A stretch of 64,000 bases of DNA from Parcubacteria group bacterium GW2011_GWA2_42_14. Lineage in GTDB: Bacteria > Patescibacteriota > Minisyncoccia > Sungbacterales > GWA2-42-14. The stretch is from positions 85,681-149,680 of the forward strand of contig LCCV01000004.1 of NCBI GenBank assembly GCA_000998135.1, given 5' to 3'. This document shows, one piece after another, positions 17,604 to 26,077 of the stretch. The translations under genes were made by a program, and so were the position numbers. The notes under the pieces were generated by a model. The model was not told the origin of the DNA, did no database searches, and worked only from the letters and a program-made list of their open reading frames with translations. Every line of letters begins with the position of its first letter. The first letter of the stretch is position 1.

Positions 17604-17742
17604 AAAAATGGTTTAAACAACCCCTTGATTTATTTATCGTATGGGAGTAGAATAATGGCATAGATTAGTTATTAATTTTCGTCATTTGGTAGGCCCCTTT
17701 AGGGGCTTTTCTCTTGGTTTAAGGGTATTTTATTTTAGTCAT

Positions 17743-18732
17743 ATGTTCATAGATGATCTTACAATTAAGGTGGGGGCGGGAAACGGCGGAAAGGGCGCTG
17801 TCGCGTTTAATAAAAACCTTAACCAATATGGCCCGACAGGCGGTTCCGGCGGCATGGGCGGAAGCGTTTTTGTCGAAGGTTCGTCTAACATGGGGATTCT
17901 TAGTAAATATCGTTATAAAAAAGATTTTTTTGCGGACGACGGGAAAGACGGCAGAGGACAATTTTGCGACGGGTCTGATGCGAAAGATCTTGTATTGCTT
18001 ATCCCAGTCGGAACGGTTGTTCATAACATTACAATGGGGACCAATCAGGAGGTCATATTGATCGGCCAGCGTATTTTGGTGGCGTCGGGCGGCTCCGGCG
18101 GCAAGGGTAATTTTCACTTTCGGTCTTCCATAAATACGCGGCCAAAACAATTTAAGTATGGAGAGACCGGCGAAAAGTTTATTATCCAGCTTGAATTAAA
18201 ATTAATGGCCGATGTGGGAATAATCGGTCTGCCTAATGTCGGTAAATCAAGCTTGCTTAACGAGTTGACCTCGGCAAAAAGCAGGGTGGGCAATTTTCCT
18301 TTCACGACGCTTGAACCGAATTTGGGAGTTTATTTTGAAATGATCCTTGCCGATATTCCCGGTTTAATAGAAGGTGCTTCCGGCGGAAAAGGGCTTGGGA
18401 TAAAGTTTTTACGCCATATTGAACGGACCGGAGTTCTTTTTCACATTATATCCGCGGAATCGCCAAACTCGTACGTTGATTACAAAGTTATACGGCGCGA
18501 GCTCGGAATATATAACCCTGCTCTGCTTAAGAAAAAAGAGCATGTGTTTTTAAGCAAGAGCGATATGGTTTCTTCTGCGGACCTTAAAAAGAAAATTCTT
18601 TTGTTGAAAAATAAAGGCATTCGCGCGCTGGCCTTTTCAATACACGATTTTAATTCCATAGAAAAAATAAAAAAAATCCTTAATACGCTGATAAAAAAGA
18701 AGTATCAAAAAAAAGCGGGTAAACCCCGTTAG
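17743..18732 (+). CDS. obg: GTPase Obg/CgtA
   Basis: Obg fold N-terminus FIDDLTIKVGAGNGGKGAVAF...GGSGGMGGSV. G1 motif GLPNVGKSSLLN. G3 motif DIPGLIEGAS. The stop TAG lies inside the family B element. Confidence 0.85.
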   Translation: MFIDDLTIKVGAGNGGKGAVAFNKNLNQYGPTGGSGGMGGSVFVEGSSNMGILSKYRYKKDFFADDGKDGRGQFCDGSDAKDLVLLIPVGTVVHNITMGTNQEVILIGQRILVASGGSGGKGNFHFRSSINTRPKQFKYGETGEKFIIQLELKLMADVGIIGLPNVGKSSLLNELTSAKSRVGNFPFTTLEPNLGVYFEMILADIPGLIEGASGGKGLGIKFLRHIERTGVLFHIISAESPNSYVDYKVIRRELGIYNPALLKKKEHVFLSKSDMVSSADLKKKILLLKNKGIRALAFSIHDFNSIEKIKKILNTLIKKKYQKKAGKPR

Positions 18733-18825
18733 AACGCTTGCTTCGCGGCCGGCTGATGGGTGCCCTTAACTCTTTCAGCTATTTCTTTATTTATTACCGG
18801 CAGGAGTCGGTAACGTTCTAACGGG
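18724..18825. repeat. family B palindromic element (intergenic copy; provides obg stop codon)
   Basis: ccccgttagaacg ... cgttctaacgggg. The TAG of ccccgtTAG terminates obg (…KPR*). Confidence 0.65.
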
Positions 18826-18843
18826 GTAAAAAGAAAAATAACC

Positions 18844-19437
18844 ATGTCAGAAAAAGGAGTTATTATTAGATTTGACGGCGTATCATTTGATTATGGCGTC
18901 AAGAGGCCGGATATTCCATAGGGTCAGTTTTGCGTTGCGTCAGGGCTTAAAATTGGCGCTCATGGGTCAAAACGGAACGGAATCGGCAAATCAACGCTTC
19001 TTGAATCAATCGCCAGGAAAGAATCGAGGGGCGTTACTATTGCTCCGGAAGTTCGTATTGGGTATTATAGCCAGAATTTTTCAATGCTAAATTTTGATGA
19101 AACTCTGTATCTGGCCCTTGTTTCGGCTATGGTTGAGTTTGACGAATAGCGCCTTCGCTCGGTTGCCGCCGGGTTTTTGCTTTCTCATGATATTTTATAT
19201 ACAAAAATAGGCAGTTTGTCAGAAGGACAGAAAGGACTTGTTTCCTTTGCGAGACTTGTTTTGCAAAAACCGGGGCTTCTTCTTTTGGACGAGCCGACCA
19301 ATCACATTAATTTTCGTCATATACCGGTCATTGCCGAAGCTTTAAATAAGTATGAGGGTGCTTTGATTTTGATAAGTCATGTTCCTGGTTTTGTGCGCAA
19401 AATCCGTATTGATACAGTGCTTGATCTCAGTATATAG
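18844..19437 (+). pseudogene. ABC-F/ABC ATPase gene fragment with multiple frameshifts
   Basis: Starts MSEKGVIIRFDGVSFDYG. Degraded Walker A (GQNGTESANQRF where GQNGTGKSTLL is expected). Signature LSEGQKGLVSFARL. Walker B LLLLDEPTNHI. Split across at least 3 frames with stops. Confidence 0.6.
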
Positions 19438-19504
19438 CGTTAATATTCTAATGCGTCTTTAAAATACATAAAGGGACCGTTGTCGAATAGTCTTTTCCAT
19501 TTTT

Positions 19505-19590
19505 GTCATTCTGACCCTTAGCAATGCGAAGGGGAAGAATCTTAATGTTTTTGATGTTTTCGAATAGCCGAGATTCTTCACATTCGTTCA
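19505..19590. repeat. hairpin repeat family A copy
   Basis: gtcattctgac ... gagattcttcac. Confidence 0.6.
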
Positions 19591-19640
19591 GTTTGGTCGG
19601 TTTTTTGTTTATAGTTGCTTTATCGTGTAACGTATATTTT

Positions 19641-21365
19641 ATGACTCAAGAAGAAGCGCTCACAATTCTTAAAACCGGCGCGAATGTTTTTTTAACCGGG
19701 GAGCCGGGAAGCGGGAAAACGCATGCTATCAACAGATACGTTGAATATTTGCGCGAACACAATATTGAGCCGGCAATTACCGCTTCAACCGGCATTGCCG
19801 CGACGCATATCGGCGGATTTACGATTCATTCGTGGAGCGGCATTGGCATCCGGAAAAATCTTTCAACGTATGACCTTGACATGATTGCCTCGAACGAACG
19901 CGTCGCAAGGCGAGTCGGGAGAGCAAGCATACTTATCATTGATGAGGTATCTATGCTTTCTTCCGAAACATTTTCTATGGCGGAGGCCGTCTGCCGCGAG
20001 ATTCGGCGAAACGCAAAGCCCTTCGGCGGACTGCAGGTTGTTCTCGTTGGTGATTTTTTCCAGTTGCCGCCGATTGTTGCTGCTACGCGTGATGAGGGTA
20101 GCGTGGCACGACTTGGTTTTGGCGAAGGGGGAGCGAGCACGGCGACAGCACCCTTTGCTTTCCGTTCGCGCGCGTGGAAAGCATTGAATCCGCTTGTTTG
20201 CTATCTCTCGGAACAATATCGACAGGATGATACGGCGTTTCTGAACCTGCTTCAAGCAGTGCGTTCCAGCAAAGTTGATGAAGGGATACATACCATCCTT
20301 GCTCTAAGGCGTATTGGTGAAAAGCAGGCGTCTCGCGATTTGCCGCGGCTTTTTAGTCATAATGCTGATGTGGACCGCTTGAATGAAGAGCGGCTGAAAA
20401 CCGTTAACGGCATAGCGCGGCAATTTAAAATGACCTCACGGGGGTCCGAGGCGCTCGTTCAAGCCCTGAAACGCGGTTGTCTTTCTCCGGAAGTACTCTC
20501 GCTCAAAACAAAAGCGCGCGTTATGTTTACAAAAAATAAACCCGATGGGAGTTTTATTAATGGCACTCTTGGCGAAGTAGAAGGATTTGCCGATGACGGA
20601 GCGCCCATTGTACGCACTCATGGCGGCCGGCGAATTTATACGGAACCGATGGAATGGACTATCACTGATGGCGCGCGCGTATTAGCCAAGATATCGCAAA
20701 TTCCTTTACGCCTTGCTTGGGCAATCACCGTGCATAAGAGTCAGGGAATGACGCTTGATGCCGCGGTTATGGATCTTTCGGACGCATTTGAGTACGGGCA
20801 GGGATATGTAGCGCTTTCCAGGGTGCGTTCTCTTTCCGGTTTGCATCTTCTGGGGTTCAATGGTCGCGCGCTTGAAGTGCATCCGGAGGTTTTGGCAAAA
20901 GACGCCGAATTCATGGAGTTGTCAGATTGTTTGCGCAAAGAATTGCGCGCTATGGATTCGGCAAAAATTGAAAAACTTCACAGAGATTTCATAAGCGCTT
21001 GCGGCGGGACTTTTGTTTCCGAACGCCATGCGCCAGCGGAAAAGAAAAACAGTTCCACTTATATTTTAACCAAAGAACTTATAAGCCGGCAACTTTCGCT
21101 TGAGCAAATGGCGCTGGAGCGGGGATTAACCGCCGGTACTATAGTAAGCCACTTGGAAAAGCTTGTTTTAGAAAAAAGGATTGAACCAAACCGCGATCTC
21201 GGGCACCTCAAGCCGGAACAAAAGCGATTTGAAAAAATAAGTAAAGCGTTTGTGGTAACGCTTAAAAAAGAAGGTAAAATGCTCCTTGCTCCGATACGCG
21301 GGATGCTCGGCAAAGATTTCAGTTTTGAGGAACTCCGTTTAGCGAGGATGTTTTTACAGAAGTAG
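19641..21365 (+). CDS. Pif1/RecD-like ATP-dependent DNA helicase with C-terminal HTH-like domain
   Basis: Walker A LTGEPGSGKTH. Motif II LIIDEVSML. Also VVLVGDFFQLPPI and a Pif1-like C-terminus. Start ATG at 19641 (MTQEEALTIL). The upstream part of the track ORF is repeat A-derived. Confidence 0.75.
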   Translation: MTQEEALTILKTGANVFLTGEPGSGKTHAINRYVEYLREHNIEPAITASTGIAATHIGGFTIHSWSGIGIRKNLSTYDLDMIASNERVARRVGRASILIIDEVSMLSSETFSMAEAVCREIRRNAKPFGGLQVVLVGDFFQLPPIVAATRDEGSVARLGFGEGGASTATAPFAFRSRAWKALNPLVCYLSEQYRQDDTAFLNLLQAVRSSKVDEGIHTILALRRIGEKQASRDLPRLFSHNADVDRLNEERLKTVNGIARQFKMTSRGSEALVQALKRGCLSPEVLSLKTKARVMFTKNKPDGSFINGTLGEVEGFADDGAPIVRTHGGRRIYTEPMEWTITDGARVLAKISQIPLRLAWAITVHKSQGMTLDAAVMDLSDAFEYGQGYVALSRVRSLSGLHLLGFNGRALEVHPEVLAKDAEFMELSDCLRKELRAMDSAKIEKLHRDFISACGGTFVSERHAPAEKKNSSTYILTKELISRQLSLEQMALERGLTAGTIVSHLEKLVLEKRIEPNRDLGHLKPEQKRFEKISKAFVVTLKKEGKMLLAPIRGMLGKDFSFEELRLARMFLQK

Positions 21366-21454
21366 AAGCTGTCTTAGAAATCAATTATGCCATTGAACAA
21401 TTCTATAGAATTGTCCGGTTGGGTGTGATATGATTGGCTGTTTTTTTTAGAAAA

Positions 21455-21492
21455 TTCTTATTCTAATATTCTTGAGAATATTAGAATAAGAA
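21455..21492. promoter_or_regulatory. 18-bp perfect hairpin/palindrome ttcttattctaatattct-tg-agaatattagaataagaa
   Basis: Read directly. Lies between the helicase and the DUF559 gene. Confidence 0.55.
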
Positions 21493-21542
21493 AAATGGGC
21501 AGAAAGTTATTTCTTAAATTTCGTTAAAGCCGCATATCAATT

Positions 21543-22382
21543 GTGATTAATAATAATACTAAAGATAAAAACAAATCTCTGCGCCTTGCCGCGGAGAATT
21601 CAACCACGCGGAAGAATTTAAACGGTCTTGTGATAAAACCCGGCGGCAGAACTGCGTTGTATTCAAGGCGCGGGGTTTTAGTGTGCGTGCTTAAAAATAA
21701 ACGCGACCTTGATGTGCTTATGGCCGAAAAATGGTATAGGATTCCAGCGGCATATATGCCGGGGCATAAGTTCAAATATCTTGCTTTTTATCAGCCGGTT
21801 TCATTTGGTCGGCGAGGAAAGCGGATTTTATATTATGCCGAGGTCCTGAATTGCCGGATTGCCAAAAGAAAAAATCTTTTGCCGAAAGAGGCAAGGCATC
21901 CGAGAGCAGAAAATTTTTATCTCAAGATTCGCATAGGTAAAATTAAAAAATTGCCCGAGCAAATCAGAAATGTTATGCCGCGCCGCATCTCTTTTGGATT
22001 TACCACCCTGGAGCATTTATTAAAATCAAAAAATATTTTAGAGCTTTATAATATTGCGGAAACGGAAAAGATTATGGAAAAAGGATTAAGGATGGCAAGA
22101 ATAAAGTCGGTATCCCAATATAATGTGAAATGCGGCAACAAGCGTTTCCGTCTTGATTTTGCGGTATTTTGCAAAAAAGGAGCGATTGCCGTTGAATGCG
22201 ATAACAAAAAGGCGCATTCCGGCAAAGCGCGTGTCAAGAAAGATAAAATAAAAAATGCCCTTCTTAAGCAATGCGGCTGGACAATTATGCGCTTTTCCGA
22301 ATCAAAAATAGTTTCTGATTTAGACGGCTGTATTTTGCAAGTTAAAAAAGCAGTAGGGAAACTCGGAGGATTTACGCCTTAA
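21543..22382 (+). CDS. DUF559-like endonuclease-domain protein (Vsr/restriction-endonuclease fold)
   Basis: C-terminal RFRLDFAVFCKKGAIAVECDNKKAHSGKARVKKDKIKNALLKQCGWTIMRF matches the DUF559 pattern (D..., E.D, H, lRf). N-terminal half basic. Confidence 0.5.
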   Translation: MINNNTKDKNKSLRLAAENSTTRKNLNGLVIKPGGRTALYSRRGVLVCVLKNKRDLDVLMAEKWYRIPAAYMPGHKFKYLAFYQPVSFGRRGKRILYYAEVLNCRIAKRKNLLPKEARHPRAENFYLKIRIGKIKKLPEQIRNVMPRRISFGFTTLEHLLKSKNILELYNIAETEKIMEKGLRMARIKSVSQYNVKCGNKRFRLDFAVFCKKGAIAVECDNKKAHSGKARVKKDKIKNALLKQCGWTIMRFSESKIVSDLDGCILQVKKAVGKLGGFTP

Positions 22383-22404
22383 ACGGCAAAAGCATAAGTG
22401 CTTG

Positions 22405-22516
22405 CCCCGTTAGAAGTTTAGCAATACGCCAATTACCGCACCACAATGTGAAGCGAAGCGGCTTTCGCCTTACATCTTTTGGAATAAAATACATCTTATT
22501 TAGATTCCTAACGGGG
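22405..22516. repeat. family B palindromic element (intergenic copy)
   Basis: ccccgttagaag ... cctaacgggg. Confidence 0.6.
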
Positions 22517-22637
22517 CTTGTATTGTTATTCATACTATGATAGTATTATATGGATCAATTCATGGGGGCTGTAAGAGAAGCGTAGTCGGGTTTTATTCTG
22601 CAGTATTCCCTTGTTTTGTGGCTTATTGGCTTAAAAT

Positions 22638-22853
22638 TTGAACATTATGCAAGAAGGAACAATTGCTCGGCTTGTTAGCGACCGTGGTTTTGGATTCATT
22701 GCCCGTGCCGGAGGGGAAAAGGATATCTTTTTCCATTCGAACGAGCTTAAGAATGTTGAATACAAAGACCTTAAGGAAGGCGACAAAGTTACTTTTGAAG
22801 TGACCGAAGGCCCCAAGGGGCTTAGTGCTACAAACGTTAACCGAGTGCAGTAA
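22638..22853 (+). CDS. cold-shock protein (CspA family)
   Basis: GTIARLVSDRGFGFI (RNP1-like) and DIFFH (RNP2-like). 71 aa. Confidence 0.85.
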   Translation: MNIMQEGTIARLVSDRGFGFIARAGGEKDIFFHSNELKNVEYKDLKEGDKVTFEVTEGPKGLSATNVNRVQ

Positions 22854-22856
22854 AAA

Positions 22857-22945
22857 TAAGAAATGCCACGGCATTTCTTGAATTCCGTCGCTCGCCCCAA
22901 ATGAAAACAAGTTTTCATCTGTGAGCTCGCTAGGAAATATAAAAG
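22857..22945. repeat. terminator hairpin (aagaaatgcc..ggcatttctt) plus repeat family F copy 2
   Basis: See the 5412-5480 copy. The inner hairpin shows compensatory changes. Confidence 0.5.
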
Positions 22946-23075
22946 CGCTCCGCGATGGCGGGGCGTTTTTATTTTTGGATTAGTTTTGGAAACGGAGCGT
23001 TTTTAATTGGCTGGCGCAAATGCTATAATTTATAATGTTTGGGCCGGTTGGTTCGGAGTCGAATTTTGCTAAATT

Positions 23076-23097
23076 AGGGAAGTCGGACTTCGCTAAA
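23076..23097. repeat. REP palindrome GGGAAGTCGGACTTCGCTAA (copy flanking RAYT 3' side)
   Basis: Palindromic GAAGTCGGACTTC core. Further copies at 23626-23649 (inside the RAYT gene) and a doublet at 23865-23900. Confidence 0.65.
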
Positions 23098-23108
23098 TTC
23101 ACTGTTGC

Positions 23109-23837
23109 TTATTCGATGACGATATCACGGATCGTTTCAGTATTGAGTCCTTGTAACCAATCAGTCATATCTTTTTTGTAATCGCTTGTTTTCCGGAGCC
23201 CATAGATTTTAGTAAGAAAATTTCTCTGGGTGATTGATGGAAAATTTTTAATCCCGATATAGTCTTGATAACTTGACCAGCGATATGATTCTAAAAATTG
23301 CAGCGCCTTTCTGACATTTGATATTTTTTTCTCCCGCCATTCTGGAAAAGACGTATCTAGGGGATTGAGATGGATATAGTGGGGGAGATATAACAGGTGT
23401 GCCTGGTTAAAGATATGAACTGCCTTAAATTTTCCCTGAAAGAGGGGGCCTACGCGTTGATACTTTGTGTTAAAATAGTTAGTGTATCCGGTTCCTATTT
23501 TTCGCATGAATTCGGTAATGCCGTTATCAGCTAATTGTCGGATTATGAAGTGATAGTGATTGGGCATGAGGCAAAAACAAAAGATTTCAACCAGCATTTT
23601 TCTCGGCATCTGTAATTTAGCGAAGTCGGACTTCGCTAAATTACCGGCAAATGGCCGTTTTCCATAGGAATCAAAATAATAACCGAGGTTTATGGCCGGA
23701 TTTTCATCATTAAATTCAAACATATCGTGAATAAAGCGGAAGTAATCAGATTGATTAGAAAATATATGGCGTTTTTCAACACCGCGGTTAAAGATGTGGT
23801 AGATTTCTCCTGTTGCAAATTGTGGTCTTTTTGCCAT
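23109..23837 (-). CDS. REP-associated tyrosine transposase (RAYT; IS200/Y1 transposase family)
   Basis: EIYHIFNRGVEKRHIF, HuH motif CLMPNHYHFIIRQ, YFNTKYQRVGPLFQGKFKAVHI, YIHLNPL. Contains an internal REP-encoded segment NLAKSDFAKLQ. Confidence 0.8.
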   Translation of the reverse strand: MAKRPQFATGEIYHIFNRGVEKRHIFSNQSDYFRFIHDMFEFNDENPAINLGYYFDSYGKRPFAGNLAKSDFAKLQMPRKMLVEIFCFCLMPNHYHFIIRQLADNGITEFMRKIGTGYTNYFNTKYQRVGPLFQGKFKAVHIFNQAHLLYLPHYIHLNPLDTSFPEWREKKISNVRKALQFLESYRWSSYQDYIGIKNFPSITQRNFLTKIYGLRKTSDYKKDMTDWLQGLNTETIRDIVIE

Positions 23838-23864
23838 GTTGTAAATGTATCATTAGTGAAGTCG

Positions 23865-23900
23865 GACTTCAATAGTTTAGCGAAGTCGGACTTCGCTAAA
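23865..23900. repeat. REP doublet upstream of the RAYT start
   Basis: agtgaagtcggacttcaatag followed by ttagcgaagtcggacttcgctaaa. Confidence 0.65.
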
Positions 23901-24066
23901 AAGTAAATACCATGCATTGATGAGCATGGTATTTCTTGTTTTTCATAAACTCGCAGTATCAGCTCATCAAATTCAGTCATGTGTTTGTTATACGTATGAT
24001 AGTAATTGGTCAGTAATTGGTGTCAGGTACCTTTTCTTTTTCTTAGTCCCATGATATCGTCTTATC

Positions 24067-24787
24067 ATGGGACGAGCACTACGAGTTGATGTAGGAGGTG
24101 AGGTTTATCATGTAATCAATCGAGCCAATGGCCGCTAGACCATCTTTTATAAAAAAGATGATTATTTGCATTTTGAACAACTTCTTACAGAGGCAAAAGA
24201 GCTGAATGGCATGCGCATCCTTGCCTATGTTCTTATGCCGAACCACTGGCATTTATACCATCTCTAACTAACTCATGCTTACCAAGCTACCTAAAAAGCC
24301 AGTTATTGTTTGCCGATTCGGTTGTATAATGAGTAGAGGTTAGTTGTGGATGGTATTAGTACTTTACCCGAGATATGATGGCGACCTGTCCGTTTTCATG
24401 CAGTGCTTACCTTAACTCATACCCAGCAATACTACTCAAGAACAAAAACAATCGGCTACAGCCACCTTTATCAAGGAAGATACAAGTCATTTCTCGTCCA
24501 AAAAGACAATTAACTCTTGCAACTTATTCGCTATGTTGAACATAATCCTTTTCGTGCTAAACTGGTAAAAAAGGCTCAAGAATGGCAATGGGGGAGCGTG
24601 TATCGGCGCATTGTGGTACCCCGCAAGAAAAAGCGTTGTTGAGCGATACCATTATTGAGCTTCCGAACGATTATCTAAAATGGCTGAATGCGCCCGAAGA
24701 TCAAGATACCCTCGCTCGAATCAGGCAATCGGTAGACAAGGGAACGCCATTCGGGGCCATGAAGTGGGTTGATGAAAAAGGTACCTG
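24067..24787 (+). pseudogene. second IS200-like/RAYT transposase gene, decayed (nonsense + frameshifts)
   Basis: MGRALRVDVGGEVYHVINRANGR*TIFYKKDDYLHFEQLLTEAKELNGMRILAYVLMPNHWHLYHL*. A later frame carries …RIVGTPQEKALLSDTIIELPNDYLKWLNAPEDQDTLARIRQSV…. Flanked by inverted GTAATTGGTGTCAGGTACC-type repeats (24002-24031 and 24779-24935). Tandem 43-nt duplication at the 3' end. Confidence 0.6.
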
Positions 24788-25107
24788 ACACCAATTACCT
24801 CACCAATTACATTCGGAGCCATGAAGTGGGTTGATGAAAAAGGTACCTGACACCAATTACCAATTACAACTGACACCAATTACAATTACGATGCCGGCTC
24901 TGACACCAATTACATCACCAATTACATAAAAATTCTGGCCGATGCCGGCTCGCATGTGGCCGAGCATTTTGAATATAAATTCATCGGACCCGCTGAAGGA
25001 AGCGAGCCGGAAGGCAAAATAATAACGGATATAATAAATTTTTTCATAAGACGAAGGCCTAATTAGCGCTCTTGTTTTAAATTTTTAAAGATATTATACT
25101 ATAAGTA

Positions 25108-25551
25108 ATGAATTCGTTTGTTACAATCTTGCTTATTTTGAGCATTATCGGCCTGGCGGCATTCGGTTTTTTCGCGGTTTTATGTGAAAACGGAGCCGGG
25201 CATAACTGTTGTATCGCGGAAATTATCGCCAAAACCGTAACCAGGCAGGCCTGTCCTCAAAATAACGCTTTGGCCTATATTGATTTTCATTTTGGCGCTC
25301 TAAAAAGTCTTTCTACGGCGGTTTTTGACGCACCGTTGTTTTCGTTTTTGGCAATCGTATTACTGGGTTTGATTTCCGTTGTATTATCTTCGCGTATTTT
25401 TGAGCATAAAATAAATTCGCGCTTTTCGCTGTTTTTGTATTATTTGTCACAAGATTCCATGGAGGGCGTTTTTCAATTTAAGAAAAGTTATCTTCGCTGG
25501 TTAGCGCTTAGAGAAAGGCGCGATGCCTGCTTAAATTTTTGGACTGTCTAA
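25108..25551 (+). CDS. hypothetical membrane protein
   Basis: Two to three hydrophobic segments. No recognisable domain. Confidence 0.35.
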   Translation: MNSFVTILLILSIIGLAAFGFFAVLCENGAGHNCCIAEIIAKTVTRQACPQNNALAYIDFHFGALKSLSTAVFDAPLFSFLAIVLLGLISVVLSSRIFEHKINSRFSLFLYYLSQDSMEGVFQFKKSYLRWLALRERRDACLNFWTV

Positions 25552-25626
25552 ATTAGCTTATTTTAAGCTAACCGATTTGGTTCCGGGCAGTCCAAAGATT
25601 TTGGCAGGTTTTTTATTTTTCCAGAT

Positions 25627-25867
25627 TATCAGATGGGACTGTTGCCGAATGTCATCCTGAACACATTCGCTTCGCTCAGTGTAAACTCCGTGAAGGATCT
25701 CGGCCACTCGACAATATCGAAAACATTGAGATTCTTCGCGGATGGATTCGATAAACTCACCACAGGGTTTATCCTGAGATTCTTCCCCTTCGCATGGCTC
25801 AGGGTCAGAATGACAACCGAAGGGCTCAGAATGACAGGAATAGAAAAGGGTCATTCGGCAACAGTCC
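25627..25867. repeat. compound nested-palindrome element (family A type with embedded gataaactcaccacagg module)
   Basis: Outer inverted repeat ggactgttgccgaatg / cattcggcaacagtcc. Internal gtcatcctgaac…gagattcttc…ctcagggtcagaatgac modules. Confidence 0.65.
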
Positions 25868-26077
25868 CTAGATTCTAATTCATGATTAAAAATGTTCGCG
25901 CCATAATCAGCATTGCTTGTTTCGCGGTTCTATTATGGGCTGTATTATTTGTTTAACCTCGAAGAAATTTGATTTCAGCGTCAAATCAGCGTATCCATCA
26001 GCGTTTAGTTAGCTTCTAAATTTGCCTAGAAGCAGAAAGTACGCTGATTAGTACGCTGAAAAACGCTGATAGGATTT

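Noticed and set aside
19524-19640. N-terminal 39-aa extension of the helicase ORF in the track
   Set aside because: The extension is encoded by the family A repeat (19505-19590). A good ATG (MTQEEALTIL) precedes the Walker A region.
25558-25878. 98-aa Cys-rich minus-strand ORF and 81-aa plus-strand ORF predicted in the six-frame track
   Set aside because: Both lie entirely inside the compound family A palindromic element. Their sequence is just the repeat translated; similar pseudo-ORFs arise at other copies.
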